From: Eledone cirrhosa
Taxonomy: Eukaryota
Assembly (NCBI GenBank): GCA_964016885.1
Contig: OZ024743.1
Span: 39,246,001 to 39,310,000 of the forward strand
Length of the DNA: 64,000 nucleotides
Direction of reading: 5' to 3'
Of the stretch, positions 1 to 12,500 are shown piece by piece; the stretch's first letter is position 1, and each line of letters opens with the position of its first letter. The notes under the pieces are model-generated. The model made no database searches, was not told where the DNA came from, and was given only the letters and a program-made list of their open reading frames with translations. The translations under genes were made by a program, and so were the position numbers.

Positions 1-1860
1 TGGCGGACCGAGTGCATGATGTTGAACGGTTCCGAAAGGTGACCGTTTACTCTCACCACAGAGCAGATGTCGCTGTGCATGGCAGCAATCCAGCCTCTGA
101 AGACGGGCACAAAGCCAGCCGCCCTCAGGACTGCCGCTAGTCAACGATGGTCGACCCTATCGAAAGCTTTCGACTGATCTAAATTGATCATGGATCTGTC
201 GGGAATGGCGCATGTCTGCGCCTCTCCCACCAGACCACCAACGACAAGCGCCAACCTCTTTTCTAGCACCTTGGCCAAAATCTTGAACTCTGTGTTTATC
301 AGAGTTATGGGCCTGAAAGTATCTAAGTTATCCCCCTTGTTCGGATCCTTTTTCAGAAATGCCACAGTTCCTCGGCTCACGGAGCTGGGAAATCTCCCGT
401 TCTGTTGCCAGTTGCAGTAAACATCCACCCAGAGGCCTATGAACAAGTCTGGCATCTGTACGTAAAGTTCATAGGGCAGACCATCCAAACCAGGCGATTT
501 ACCCCCTGTGCAGCCATCATTGCCTGCCATACTTCATCGGCTGTTATCGGCTTTTCGCAAAACTCCGCCTCAGTGGCCGAGAGCCGCGGCAGTCCGTCGA
601 AGTGGACACTAAAGTCCATCCCTCGATCCGGCCCGCCGCTTCCCCCGAACATCTGTGCGAAGTGTCGCTGAAAAGCTTCACACATTTGCCCGGGATCAAG
701 TAGCATGCACCCGTCGTGGTCCACCAAAGACCGTATCGTGGCTGTGTTGCCACGACGCGCCTCCGCTACTCGGGCCGATTGTACGGCTTTCGTCCCCTCG
801 TGTCTGAGAGCACGCAGCCTAGCTCTGACAACGCAGCCTGCGTGCTTTGCATTGAAGAATTGTTAAGGGCCAATTTCGCCGCAAGTACGTCGGTCGCGAT
901 CCCTTTGCTAAGCGCCTCGTATAATTTTCCTACTAATTCTCCCTCTGCCCTATTTTTCTCTATTGCTAAAGCCTTACTAAACCTAATGGACACTATTCTA
1001 ATTGCTCTTTTCAGAGCAAACCACCATTTGTTGTTGACTATGACCCCCGTCAACGCTCGCTTAACTAGTTCGCTAATCCGGTCTCTGTAGGCCTTGCGCG
1101 CTGGTAAGGACGCGTTTAGCTTCCAGTAGCCGGGTCCTCGTCTATGAAGCCTATCTAAGTCAAGCACACAGATCACGAATTTGTGGTCCGTGTAGTTGAC
1201 TATCGTGAATTGTCGACAGACTATGCTAGACCTATCTATTTCCCTACAAAATACTCTATCTAGATATATGGATGACCCTATGCGATTTGTCCAAGTCTAG
1301 ATTGGCACATTGGGGAAAACCAATCGGTACCTGTCAGACAGTTCAAAACGCCTGATCATGTTGGTGAGACTCTTGAACCCTCTTCCCTTATCCATTAATC
1401 CCACACAGTCCCAGCGTGCATCTAAGATCCCGTTCCAGTCGCCCACTAACACTAAAGAGCGGGACGTTCCAAGAACGGTCTCCAGACGCCGGAAGAAATA
1501 AGGCCGCCCTGCTCCTACGGGGCATAGACGGCCACTAACCTGAAAGCTTGCCCGTCTCCGCTTGTCACATCCAGCACCACCAACTTACCTTCTGGGTCCA
1601 GGAAGATGGCCCCCTATGGCAAGATCCAAACCTCTCCGAAAAAGCACAGCAAGTCCTCCCCCCGATCCCGGGCGGTTGGGAGATACGTAAACATCGTAGC
1701 CGCCGAATATCGGTGCGAAAGCCCGTGCTTCGGAGATTCTGGTCTCGCTGATGGCCACTACATCTATGTTTAGTGACCTGATGTCGTTGAGCAGGTGGCC
1801 CTGCTTCCATGATGACCCCAAGCCACGCCCATTTATGCTGCCTATTCTGAGTGAGGTCAT
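1..1860 (-). pseudogene. Tx1 copy A ORF2 (APE endonuclease + RT), disrupted
   Basis: Split over ORFs 1585-1860, 766-1176, 437-727 and 141-530. Collinear and highly similar to the 860-aa ORF at 6115-8697, with a ~70-bp deletion near 190. Confidence 0.9.
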
Positions 1861-2049
1861 GTTGAAATTGAGTGGGAAAGATGAGAAAGACTATTTTACC
1901 TTACTTCTCGTAGAGGAAGAAGGGTTTCTCCATCATTTTCACTGCTTGTGGCCTCCTCAGGAAGGATGTCCTTGTAAATTCTCATGGAGAGTGCTTGTCG
2001 GAAGCCTCCGATATCTTTGGGAAATTTTGTTTTAGTGTCATGTACGTTT

Positions 2050-4006
2050 TCTGTGTGATGTGAGTGATTTGAATGTGTGGAGGTGGTGTGAACTTTTGGG
2101 TTGTTGTGTAGTCTTTTTCTGTGATGCTGGTGTTGTGTTGGATGTAGTGTAATAATGTAGTGTAATAATTTAATGCTGTGTAGTGTGTATCGTTTTGGTT
2201 GTTTGTTTTGTTTGCGTTTGTTGTGGGTTTGTTTATGTGTCCCTTTTTGGTGACTTTTGTGGTGTAGGTAATGGTGGTGTTGGGGTTAATGATGGTGATG
2301 GTATTGGTGTTTGGGGTGATCGGGTTGGTGATGCTGGTGTGGATGGTGGCATATCTGTCCTAACATTTTTATTTGATAGTTTATTTGTTTCCCCTCTGTA
2401 TTTTGTTTTTGGAGGGGGAAGGAAGAGAATTTTTTCTTTTTGGGTTTCTTTTTTTCTTTTTTTTTGATACCGTTTCCCACTCTTCGTCGTCACAATCTGT
2501 CTCTAGTTGTGATAGGCCGGGGAGTGGAAAATCCTCCAAAGGCGTTAGTTTTGGTTGTGGTGTGGTGGATGGTGTAGGCGCTGGTGCTAGTTCTGGCGCG
2601 TTGGGTGGTGGTGGTGTTGTTTTGCTACTGTTGTTGGGGTTGTTGATGTTACAGTTGCTTCTGTTGTTGCTGCTACAGTTGTTGCTGCCATCTCTGCTGC
2701 TAGAGGTGTTGATGGTTGAGTCACTGGGGTGGGTAGGAGAGGTTGCCTCAACCTTTTAGCCTGAGGGCAGAAAGCCCTTTGGTGGGTACCTTCACCACAA
2801 ACAACACACATAGGCCTTCTGCCCTCGACAATTACGGTGAGGTGGCTGCCGTCAATGATGTCTATTACCTCTGGGATCTCCTCAATGCTTTTTTGGTCCG
2901 CTTGGACCAGGAGCACCATTCCAGATCCGGACCAGTTCTCCTGCTTTTCTTTCGCTATTTCGATTATCTTGGTGTTGGCTTCGATGCCGGTGAGGACGGC
3001 AGCTATTAGCCAGGGAATTTCGATTGCCGGTGGAACGTGGGTGACCCTGATCTTTACGAGTCTCTGGCCACAATAGCTTGGGACGAGTGTTAAGTCGTCA
3101 CTTCTTAATGGGGCCATGGAATGTTCTCTAGCCTCCTGTAGTGTTTCAAAGAAAACGTCCACTGTTCCATACTTCTGCCCACGTCTGTTGTGGGGTTTTT
3201 TTGCCCACACATGTCCCAAACCTTTTTGGATTTGGAACTGGGATTTTGAACTTGGATTTGGAACTTTGGATTTGGAACTCGGCGCGATTTTATATTAATT
3301 GTTCGATAAGACACGGTGCATAGGTGCCGATGCTCCATTTTATTAGGTGTGTGTGGGGTTGTGGTTGGGGAGGGTGTGTGTGTGTGGTGTGTATGTGTGT
3401 GTGTGTGTGTGGGGGGGGGGGTGACCCTGTTCCCATCTTTCCTTACCATGTTTTTGGCTTTTTCTAATTCCTCCTGAGTTACCTGGAATGCTTCGAACTG
3501 TTTTGCTACTCTGGCAAAACTCAGAGTGGTTTTCTTAATGTCATTGTTGCTGTTGTTGTTATCGTTATTTGTGTTATTATTAATTTTAGTTTCAGTTGTG
3601 GTGGTGGTGGCGTCAGTGGTGTTCGGTGTGAAAGAGTTCATTTTGGTTGAAATCATTTCGACATCACGAATTAATTTATTTTTCTCTTTTGTTTCTGTTG
3701 TCGCGGTGGTGGTGGGGTGGTTGTTGTCGCGGCGGTGGTGGGGGTGGTTGTTGTCGCGGTGGGGGTGGGGCTGGCTGTTGTCGCGGTGGTGGTGGGGGTG
3801 GTTGTTGCCGCGGTGGTGGTGGTGGTGGCGGCTTTAACCCCTGCAGTCATTGGTAATGGCGGGAAATGAATGTCTGCCTGAGACAAATTTAAAATATTGC
3901 TACTGCTTATATTTTTTTTAGTGTTGGCAAACGTAGTAATATTTATAATGGTGGTATCGGTGTGAGGTGTTAGATTGTGAGAAAGGAGTGATTCTGAGAC
4001 ATCCAT
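2050..4006 (-). pseudogene. Tx1 copy A ORF1 (gag-like, zinc knuckle), disrupted
   Basis: Thr/Asn-rich N-terminus and GRRPMCVVCGEGTHQRAFC, homologous to ORF 12943-14148. Frames are broken by (GT)n/G-run at 3373-3421 and a 13-bp tandem at ~3225-3280. The downstream boundary is approximate. Confidence 0.8.
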
Positions 4007-4221
4007 GATTTTTCAAAGAAAAATGTTTGTTTGATAATTATAAAAAGTTTAAATTTTGGGCTCATGGCCCCAATATTTTTTAGTGTCCTTTTCAGAAATC
4101 ATTGTATGTGCACTTATATACAGTTAACAATAAAAATGTTCCATAAATGGCAATTTTAAATAACTGAAAATAACAAACTTTTGCGGAGCTCACGATGATA
4201 CGATTTACTACATAGGTCGCC

Positions 4222-4272
4222 AATAATAATAATAATAATAATGATAATAATAATGATAATAATAATAATAAT
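4222..4272. repeat. (AAT)n microsatellite between Tx1-A 5' end and Dong-like element
   Basis: Direct reading. Confidence 0.95.
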
Positions 4273-5770
4273 CTTAAGCTCTTCGGGAAAAGTGAGAAGG
4301 AGTTGGATGTGCTTGTTGACACTGTCCGTATTTTCAGCAGTGATATATGTATGCAGTTTGGTAAATGTGGAGTCATTGTGATGAAGAGGGGTAGGTTGAG
4401 CAGAAGTAACGGGATCCAGATACCAACAGGTGAGATGATAAAGGAAATTGACTCTGAGGAAGGATACAAGTATTTGGGCGTTCTGGAGGCTGATGGCATA
4501 AAGAACAAAAAAATGAAGGAATTGTTAAGAACTGAATATATTCGGAGAGTAAGGAGCGTATTGAAGTCACATCTGAACAGCAGAAATGCCATAAGCGCAG
4601 TAAATTCCCGGGCTGTGTCTATTATTAGGTACAGTGCGGGAATTCTGAGATGGAATGTTGCTGAACAAAAAGAAATGGATAGGAAGACTAGGAAGCTATT
4701 GACTATCTGCAACATGTTCCACAAGAGGAGTGATGTCGATAGACTCTACCTAAGGAGATCTGAGGGTGGAAGAGGTCTTATCAGCATAGAGGACTGTGTT
4801 CAGATGGAGAAAAACAACCTATACAAATACGTGACCTATAGTAAGGAGCCAATGCTCAGAACTGTACTGAAGGAGGGGACAGTAGGCCAGGGGATGTCCA
4901 AGGAGGAAATACCATCAAGGAGGAAGAGCAGCCTTAAGGGAAAATCCCTTCATAGTACCTTCTTTGAGAAAACTGAATTTAGAGATCCACAGACATGGAA
5001 CTGGTTGAGAAGAGGAGACCTCAAACAGGCTACAGAAGGAATGCTAATGGCTGCGCAGGAGCAGGCCCTCAAAACGAAGTGGTTGAAGCACCATATCTAC
5101 AAGGAAGAGGCTAGCCCACTGTGCAGGATCTGTGGAGAGAGAGAGGAGACTGTGGCTCACATTGTGTCCGAGTGTAAACACCTAGCCCAGACCCACTATA
5201 AGGGCTGGAGACACGATGTGATGGGCAGGGTGATCCACTGGCACCTGTGCAAAGTAAACAATTTACCACATTCTGAGAAATGGTATGAGCATAGGCCAGA
5301 GGCGGTGATGGAGAACAATCAGGTGAAGGTGCTGTGGGATTTTAGGATACAGACGGACAAAAAACTGGAACACAATAGACCTGACCTGGTGGTTGTGGAC
5401 AAAGAAAAAGGATCGTGTCTGATTGTGGATGTGGCCTGCCCGTTCGACACGAGAGTGCAAGAGAAGGAGAGGGAGAAAATTAACCAATACCAGGACCTAA
5501 AGTGGGAGGTGAAACGGATTTGGAACTGCCATGAAGTCAAAGTGATCCCGATTGTCATAGGCGCACTGGGGACTATCTCCAAAAGTTTCCAGGGATGGTT
5601 AAAGAAAATCGGCCCCTTCACGCTTTTTGGAACGCTTCAAAAGGCATGCTTGCTTGGAACAGCAAGAACCCTCCGATACGTCCTGAATATCTGAGGCTGC
5701 AGGTAGTGGCTTGATATTCAATCCAACGGACTTTCCAGTTAACCAACATCAATGACTGAGATTCAAGGAA
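4272..5770 (+). mobile_element. R4/Dong-clade (RLE-type) non-LTR retrotransposon, 5'-truncated
   Basis: The frame begins LKLFGKSEKELD, just after the expected YMDD. It contains YKYLG, RLYLRRSEGGRGL, a CCHC finger (CRICGEREETVAHIVSEC), RHD and the restriction-like endonuclease motif RPDLVVVD...DVACP...EKINQY. A short 3' UTR follows, then (TAA)n. Confidence 0.93.
4303..5694 (+). CDS. C-terminal RT thumb + CCHC + RLE endonuclease of R4/Dong element (open, truncated)
   Basis: 463-aa uninterrupted ORF with the motifs listed for the element. Confidence 0.88.
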   Translation: MDVLVDTVRIFSSDICMQFGKCGVIVMKRGRLSRSNGIQIPTGEMIKEIDSEEGYKYLGVLEADGIKNKKMKELLRTEYIRRVRSVLKSHLNSRNAISAVNSRAVSIIRYSAGILRWNVAEQKEMDRKTRKLLTICNMFHKRSDVDRLYLRRSEGGRGLISIEDCVQMEKNNLYKYVTYSKEPMLRTVLKEGTVGQGMSKEEIPSRRKSSLKGKSLHSTFFEKTEFRDPQTWNWLRRGDLKQATEGMLMAAQEQALKTKWLKHHIYKEEASPLCRICGEREETVAHIVSECKHLAQTHYKGWRHDVMGRVIHWHLCKVNNLPHSEKWYEHRPEAVMENNQVKVLWDFRIQTDKKLEHNRPDLVVVDKEKGSCLIVDVACPFDTRVQEKEREKINQYQDLKWEVKRIWNCHEVKVIPIVIGALGTISKSFQGWLKKIGPFTLFGTLQKACLLGTARTLRYVLNI

Positions 5771-5777
5771 TAACAAC

Positions 5778-5826
<49 letters not shown>

Positions 5827-5850
5827 GGGAATAATAATAATAATAATAAT
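5770..5850. repeat. (AAT)n microsatellite shared by Dong 3' tail and Tx1-B 3' tail
   Basis: Direct reading. Confidence 0.95.
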
Positions 5851-8781
5851 GATTTCTTTATTAACCACAAGGGTTTACATAAAGTAGACATTAAGGACAG
5901 TGCAGGACAATGCAGGACGGTACAAATGGGCATTTCTGCGTGTAAAAAAAAAGAAAAACAGAGGATGTAACAAAAATAACAATGAAAATAACAATGAAAA
6001 ATTCCCCAATAGGGGGGAGACTTCGGAGGGACATTTGTGGAGAAAGCCCAGTAAAAAGCCACAATGACCCTGACCACCAAGGCAAGTGCCCTCTCCCAGT
6101 TTTCCACCTTTAGTTTACAGATATATACTCAGAGTCGGCCCATTCACTCGGGCCATTCTTGCTTCTCTCACCCATCTTTCAACAAAATGCTGGGAAGAGA
6201 GCACTTCCCTCTCTACTCTGATTTTCCTTTTCAAATGAAATTTGAAAAAGTCAATCAGAGCATCACCGAAGAGGTAAGTGCTCGTCTTCAGCCCTTTCAA
6301 ACGTGTCCACCATACTATCTCTTTCGCCATGGCCACCAGACAGATAAAAACTGCCTGCCCTTCCCGGCTAAAGGAGGAGGGCGGGGCAATCCTCACGATA
6401 GACTCAGATGATAGCTGGATCCGTCCTAAACGCGACAGCAGGTGTTCGACATAAACCCACAAGTCAGCAATTTTCGGACACTGGACGAGTGCGTGCAGGA
6501 CGGTTTCGTCGCCCTGCGCGCATCTCGGACATGCCCGGCTGACGGCACCTCCATGCCTGTAGAGTTTATCCCGAACTGGCAAGGCTCCTCGGTAGCACTG
6601 CCAGGCCAGAGATTTCTGGAAGTTGTCCATAGGCCCTGGCCCGAAAGTTCTTCCGAAGAGATTGGCTAGTTGATTTTCGTCGACGCCTAGAGTTTCCCCA
6701 AGTACGTCGTCGCTCTTCCCCTCCACTAATCCTCTATAGAACGCCGAGGTGGAGTTTCCACCGATCACATTGCCCGATTGGTCGAGGGCTGTGAGCGCCT
6801 GAAGACATTCCAGTCTCCAGGCGCTCCCTCTCGGTCTTCGCTTGACCCAGGACTGCAGCTCCGTCAAGGAAACGAGCTGGGGAAAAACGCGTCTAGCAAA
6901 CGGCGACCACACCTGATCACCGTCGAGGAAGAGGTGGAGATGTCGTAGCCTGAGCGCGTGCCTGCGCATCATCAGCCACGGCATGCCCAGCCCTCCACGT
7001 AGCGGGTGTTGACAACAGATGGACCGCCTGACCATCGGAGCACGTCCCTTCCACAAAAAGCGAAAGAGCAAACGCTCCAGCGCAGTCAGGCGAGGCTTAG
7101 GACAAGGTACGACGGTTAGGCGGTAGCAGATGACAGACGCGATGTACGCGTTAGCCACCTCCGCTCGACCTTTCAGGGATAGCTTCCTCTCCGCCCATTT
7201 CTGGGTGAGAGAAGCCACCCTGCTCGTCACCTCGTCCCAGTTTTTGTCCGTCTGGAGGTCCGGACCGAACCAGACCCCTAGCAATTTAACCGGTCCGTCC
7301 GTCCAGCGCCCGACGACGCTGTTGGACGGCATGGACCTGCCTCTCCAGGTGCCGAGCTGCAGGCCCACTGACTTTTCCTGGTTGATCATTGCTCCTGTCA
7401 CCGCTTCGTATTCTCTTAGTGTAGTGCCGATCGCCTCGATGTGTTTGGCGTTCGACACCACTACGGTGACATCGTCCGCATATGCTGACACGGATCTTCC
7501 GCATCCTAGTTCGCGCGGGACTCCCCTTAACGTCTCCAGTTTGTGCAGTAATGGCTCGAGCGTCAATACGTACAAGAGGGACGAGAGGGGACATCCTTGG
7601 CGGACCGAGCGCATGATGTTGAACGGTTCCGACAGGTGACCGTTCACTCTCACCACAGAGCAGATGTCGCTGTGCATGGCAGCGATCCAGCCTCTGAAGA
7701 CGGGCCCAAAGCCAGCCGCCCTCAGGACTGCCGCTAGGTAACGATGGTCGACCCTATCGAAAGCTTTCGACTGATCTAAATTGATCAAGGACCCACCCGT
7801 GCCAGGTTCCCTAGCTACCCTCTCTACGATGTATCGCATGAGGTGGAGGTTGTCGTGGATGGATCTGTCGGGAATGGCGCATGTCTGCGCCTCTCCCACC
7901 AGACCACCAACGACAAGCGCCAACCTCTTTGCTAGCACCTTGGCCAAAATCTTAAACTCTGTGTTTAGCAGAGTTATGGGCCGGAAATTGTCTATGTTAT
8001 CCCCCTTGTTCGGATCCTTTCTCAGCAGTGCCACCGCTCCTCGGCTCACAGAACTGGGAATTCTCCCGTTCTGTTGCCAGTTGCAGTAGACGTCCGCCAA
8101 GAGGCCTCCGAACAAGTCTGGCATCTGTACGTAAAGTTCATAGGGCAGACCATCCAAACCAGGCGATTTACCCCTTGTGCAGCCAGTCATTGCCTCCCGT
8201 ACTTCAGCGGCTGTTATCGGCTTTTCGCAACACCTCGCCTCAGTGGCCGAGAGCCGCGGCAGCCCGTCGAGGTAGACACTAAAGTCCATCCCTCTACCCG
8301 GCCCCCCGCTGCCCCCGAACAGCTGAGCGAAGTGTCGCTGAAAAGCTTCACACATTTGCCCGGGATCGAGTAGCATGCGCCCGTCGTGGTCCACCAAAGA
8401 CCGGATCGTGGCTTTGTTGCCACGACGCGCCTCCGCCACTCGGGCCCATTGAACGGCTTTCGTCCCCTCGTGTCTGAGAGCACGCACCCTAGCTCTGACA
8501 ACGCAGCCTTCGTGCTTTGCATTGAAGAATTGGTCAAGGGCCAATTTCGCCGCAAGCACGTCGGTCGCAATGCCTTTGCTAAGCGCCTCGTCTAATTTTC
8601 TAACTAGTTCTCCCTCTGCTCTATTTTTCTCTATTGCTAAAGCCTTACTAAACCTAATCGATTCTATTCTAATCGCTCTTTTCAGACAAACCACCACTTG
8701 TTGTTGACGATGGCCCCCGTCAACGCCCGCTTAACTAGTTCGCTAATCCGGTCTCTCAACGACCTCAGGTCACTAAACATA
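5851..8781 (-). mobile_element. Tx1/L1-clade element copy B, 5'-truncated with short 5' inversion
   Basis: Same family as copy A. The 3' UTR ends ...AATAAAGAAATC(ATT)n. Bases 8755-8781 are an inverted piece of the ORF2 start. Confidence 0.95.
6115..8697 (-). CDS. Tx1 ORF2 reverse transcriptase + C-terminal CCHC (860 aa open, lacks APE)
   Basis: KSPGLDGLP, NFRPITLLN, DQSKAFDRV, VRQGCPLS, AYADD, RGGLG, CPRCAQGDETVLHALVQC. Confidence 0.92.
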   Translation of the reverse strand: MVVCLKRAIRIESIRFSKALAIEKNRAEGELVRKLDEALSKGIATDVLAAKLALDQFFNAKHEGCVVRARVRALRHEGTKAVQWARVAEARRGNKATIRSLVDHDGRMLLDPGQMCEAFQRHFAQLFGGSGGPGRGMDFSVYLDGLPRLSATEARCCEKPITAAEVREAMTGCTRGKSPGLDGLPYELYVQMPDLFGGLLADVYCNWQQNGRIPSSVSRGAVALLRKDPNKGDNIDNFRPITLLNTEFKILAKVLAKRLALVVGGLVGEAQTCAIPDRSIHDNLHLMRYIVERVAREPGTGGSLINLDQSKAFDRVDHRYLAAVLRAAGFGPVFRGWIAAMHSDICSVVRVNGHLSEPFNIMRSVRQGCPLSSLLYVLTLEPLLHKLETLRGVPRELGCGRSVSAYADDVTVVVSNAKHIEAIGTTLREYEAVTGAMINQEKSVGLQLGTWRGRSMPSNSVVGRWTDGPVKLLGVWFGPDLQTDKNWDEVTSRVASLTQKWAERKLSLKGRAEVANAYIASVICYRLTVVPCPKPRLTALERLLFRFLWKGRAPMVRRSICCQHPLRGGLGMPWLMMRRHALRLRHLHLFLDGDQVWSPFARRVFPQLVSLTELQSWVKRRPRGSAWRLECLQALTALDQSGNVIGGNSTSAFYRGLVEGKSDDVLGETLGVDENQLANLFGRTFGPGPMDNFQKSLAWQCYRGALPVRDKLYRHGGAVSRACPRCAQGDETVLHALVQCPKIADLWVYVEHLLSRLGRIQLSSESIVRIAPPSSFSREGQAVFICLVAMAKEIVWWTRLKGLKTSTYLFGDALIDFFKFHLKRKIRVEREVLSSQHFVERWVREARMARVNGPTLSIYL

Positions 8782-9081
8782 AAAAAAAAAAATAATAATA
8801 ATAATGATTTCATTTATTAGCCACAAGGGCCGACATGTAGGGGACAATACAAAGACAGGGACAGTGGGGGTTCACAATAAGGTCGAGTAAAAGTGCACAA
8901 TGGCAAAACTAACTTAACAATGAAAATATAAAAATATAAAATAAACAATGCAAAATATAACAAAATAAATTCCCCGATAGGGGTGGACGACCCTGGGGTG
9001 ATTCGGGTACCCCACTAATCCTGAACCACCCTGCGCTTCTAGGGCACCCAGGAGAGCAGCCCTCTCCTCAAGTTAGCTAGC

Positions 9082-12000
9082 CTATATGCGCATGGTCAGA
9101 GTAGGCCCATTCACACGAGCCATTCTCGCCACATTCACCCACCTTTTAGCAAATGTACTGGGGGGCAGCACTTCTCTCTCCACCCTCACTCTCCTTTCCA
9201 GGTGAAACTTGAAGAAGTTGATGAGGGATTGGCCGAAGAGAAAAGTGTCTGTCTTTAGTCCTTTCAACCTGGTCCACCATATAATCTCTTTCGCAACTGC
9301 CACCAGACAGAGGAAAATGGCCTGCTCTTCCTGACCTAAGGAAGGCGGCGGCTCGATCTTCACTATGGACTCGGCCGATAACCGGATTCGTTCCACACGC
9401 GACAGTAGCTGTTCGACATAACTCCACAAGTCAGAAATGCACGGACATTGGACAAGTGCGTGCAGAACGGTTTCGTCGTTCTGTGCGCATCTTGGGCAGG
9501 TCCGTCTGACAGCACTTCCGTGCCTGTAGAGATTATTCCGAACCGGCAGTGCCCCCCTGTAGCACTGCCAAGCGAGGGGTTTCTGGAAATTGTCCATCGT
9601 CCCCGGCTCAAAAGTCCTCCGGTACAGACTGGTCAGTTCGACTTCGTCGAGGCCCAAAGCTTCTCCGAGTGCGTCATCGCACTTGCCCACCACTAATCCT
9701 CTATAGAACTCGAGAGTGGAAGTTCCACTGATCGCATTGCCCGCTTGGTAGAGGGCAGTGAGTGCCTGGCAACATTCCAGGTGCCAGTCACCCAGTCTCG
9801 GTCTCTTCTTGACCCAGGACTGCAGCTCAGTCAAAGAAATGAGCTGCGGAAAGGCCCGTCTGATAAACGGCGACCATACCTGTTCACCATTGAGACAGAA
9901 TATCTGGAGATGTCGCAGCCTCAACGCATGTCTGCGCATCATTAGCCACGGCATGCCCAGCCCTCCGCGTAGAGGGTGCTGGCAGCAGATGGACCGCCTC
10001 ACCAACGGAACTTGTCCCATCCACAAGAATTTGAAGAGGAACCGTTCCAACTTGACGAGGCACGGACGGGGGCAAGGCACGACGGTTAGGCGGTAATAGA
10101 TGACGGACGCGATGTACGCATTCGCCACATCCGCGCGACCTTTCAGTGATAGCTTCCTCCCAGCCCATTTTTGGGTGAGACTGGCTACTCTGCTCGATAC
10201 CTCGTCCCAATTCTTTTCTACCTGGAGGTCTGACCGAACCAAACCCCGAGGAACTTTACTGGTCCGTCCGTCCAGCGCCCCACGACGCTGTTGGACGGCA
10301 TGGGCTTGCCTCTCCAGGTTCCGAGCTGCAAGCCCACCAACTTTTCCGGGTTAAGTTTGGCTCCTGTCAACCTTTCATATTCCTTCAATAAAGTGCCGAC
10401 CACCTCGATTTCTGAGGTGTTCGACACCATCACGATGATGTCGTCCGCATAAGCAAACCGCCTTTCCACGTCCCGGTTCGAGCGGTATGCCCTGCAACAG
10501 CTCCAGCTTCCGCAGTAAAGGCTCGAGAGTCAATACGTACAGAAGGGAAGAGAGAGGGCACCCTTGACGGACCGATCGGGAGAGCCGAAATGGTTCCGAG
10601 AGGTGGCCATTAACCTTGACCACCGAGCGTGTGCCGCTGTGCATTGCACCGATCCAGCTTCTAAAGACAGGGGCGAAGCCAGCTGCTTTGAGGACAAACT
10701 CCAGATACCGATGGTCGACCCTATCGAATGCTTTCGATTGATCTAAATTGATCAGTGCCCCACCGAAGCCAGGTTTACACCCTACCCTCTCTATGATGTA
10801 TCGCATGAGGTGGAGATTGTCGTGTACGGACATGGCTGGGATTGCGCAAGTTTGCGCCTCCCCAACCAAATCCTCGACGACAAGCGCCAATCTCTTTGCT
10901 AACACCTTGGCCAAAATCTTAAACTCTGTGTTGAGCAGAGTAATGGGCCTGAAGTTGTCTAATGTATCCCTCTTGTGATCGTCTTTCCTTATCAGCGTCA
11001 CCACTCCCCTGCTCACAGAACTGGGAATACTCCCATTCTGCTGCCAGTTACAGTAGAGTGCTTCGAGGAGTTCGGAGAACAAGTCTGGCATATTTACGTA
11101 AAGCTCGTAGGGCAGGCCATCCAAACCGGGTGACTTGCGCCTCATGCAGCCGACAAGGGCGTCCTGAATTTCGGCTGAAGTAATCGGCCTTTCGCAGCGC
11201 TCAGCGTCGACCGTCGAGATGCGCGGCAAGCCGTCAAGGTAGGGACTGAAATCCGCTACACTCTCTGACTCGCCACTCTCCCCGAACAACCGAGCAAAGT
11301 GCTGGCGAAAGGCCTCACACATCCGCTTGGAATCGCTTATCTCGTGTCCGTCTCGGTCCGCCAAAGACCGAATTGTGGTTTTATTACCACGCTGCGCCTC
11401 CGCCACGCGGGCCCATCGAACAGCTTTAGTTCCCTCGTTTCTCAGCGCACGCGCCTTAGCTCTGACAATGCAACCTTCGTGTTTGGCATTGAAGAAATGG
11501 TCTAATGCCATTCTCGCCGCTAGCACGTCAGTTGCGATGCCACTACAAATAGCCTCGTCTAACTTATCTACCAGCTCCCCCTCCTTTCTATTTTTCTCTA
11601 ACGCTAGTTCTTTGCTGAACTCTATCGAAGTTACTCTAATCTCTCTTTTGAGAGCCCCCCACCATCTGTTGATGATGATCCCTCCTGTCAACTTTTGCTT
11701 AACTAACTTATTGACTCGGTCCCTGTAAGCCTTACGTGCCGGAAATGACATGTTCAGCTTCCAGTAACCCGGTCTTAACCTACGCGTTTTATCTAGGTCG
11801 ACCGTACAGATCACAAATTTGTGATCTGAATAGGCGACCGTTTTAAAAAGTGGACAGCCCACACTATTTCTGTCTATTTTCCTAATGAAGATTCTGTCTA
11901 TATACGATCTAGATGACTCCATTCGGTTGGTCCATGTCCATACTGGCACATTGGGGAAATCTAGTCGATACCTGTCAGACAGTTGGAACTGGCTGAGTAG

Positions 12001-12500
12001 GTGCTTGAGGCTTTTGCACCCCCGCTCCTATCGGCTACTCCCACACAATCCCAGCGTGCGTCTAAGATGCCATTCCAGTCCCCCGCTAACAGTAAAGGGC
12101 GAGACGTACCCAGAGAGGCCTCCAGGCGCCTAAAGAAGTCAGGTCGTCCGGCCCCTGTAGGGGCGTAGACGGCCAGCAGTCTAAAGGCACCACCTTCGCT
12201 ACTGCTCACATCCAAGACCACCAACTTACCGTCCGGGTCCCGGAAGATCGACATTACCTCGAGATCCAGTCCTTTCCTAAACAGCACTACCACCCCACCC
12301 CCCATTCCCAGCCTGCTAACAGATTCGAAGATCTGATAGTCGTCGAAAATGGGGGCTAGTGCACGCGTGTCGGAAACTCTGGTCTCGCTTACGGCAATCA
12401 CATCCATTTCCAGCGACCTGAGGTCGTTGAGCAGGCGACCCTGCTTCCAGGGTGACCCCAGGCCGCGAACATTTAAACTTCCTAATCTTAATATGGCCAT
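9082..12500 (-). pseudogene. Tx1 copy C ORF2 (APE-RT-CCHC) with ~3 frameshifts
   Basis: SLNVRGL, VSETR, AVYAP, GDWN, SYIDRI, SDH, PGYWKLN, RQGCPLS, AYADD and CPRC..H..C across ORFs 11961-12500, 10375-11949, 10218-10469 and 9082-10242. Confidence 0.92.

Larger units (their letters stand above)
1..4220 (-). mobile_element. Tx1/L1-clade non-LTR retrotransposon, copy A (5' part; runs off window start; frameshifted)
   Basis: ORF1 pieces (3671-4006, 3105-3656, 2587-3219) include a CCHC knuckle, CVVCGEGTHQRAFC. ORF2 starts at 1860 with an APE N-terminus (SINGRGL...VAISETR) and GPGYWKLN, then RT motifs KSPGLDGLP, FRPITLIN and DQSKAFDRVDH. The 5' end abuts (AAT)n at 4222. Confidence 0.93.
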
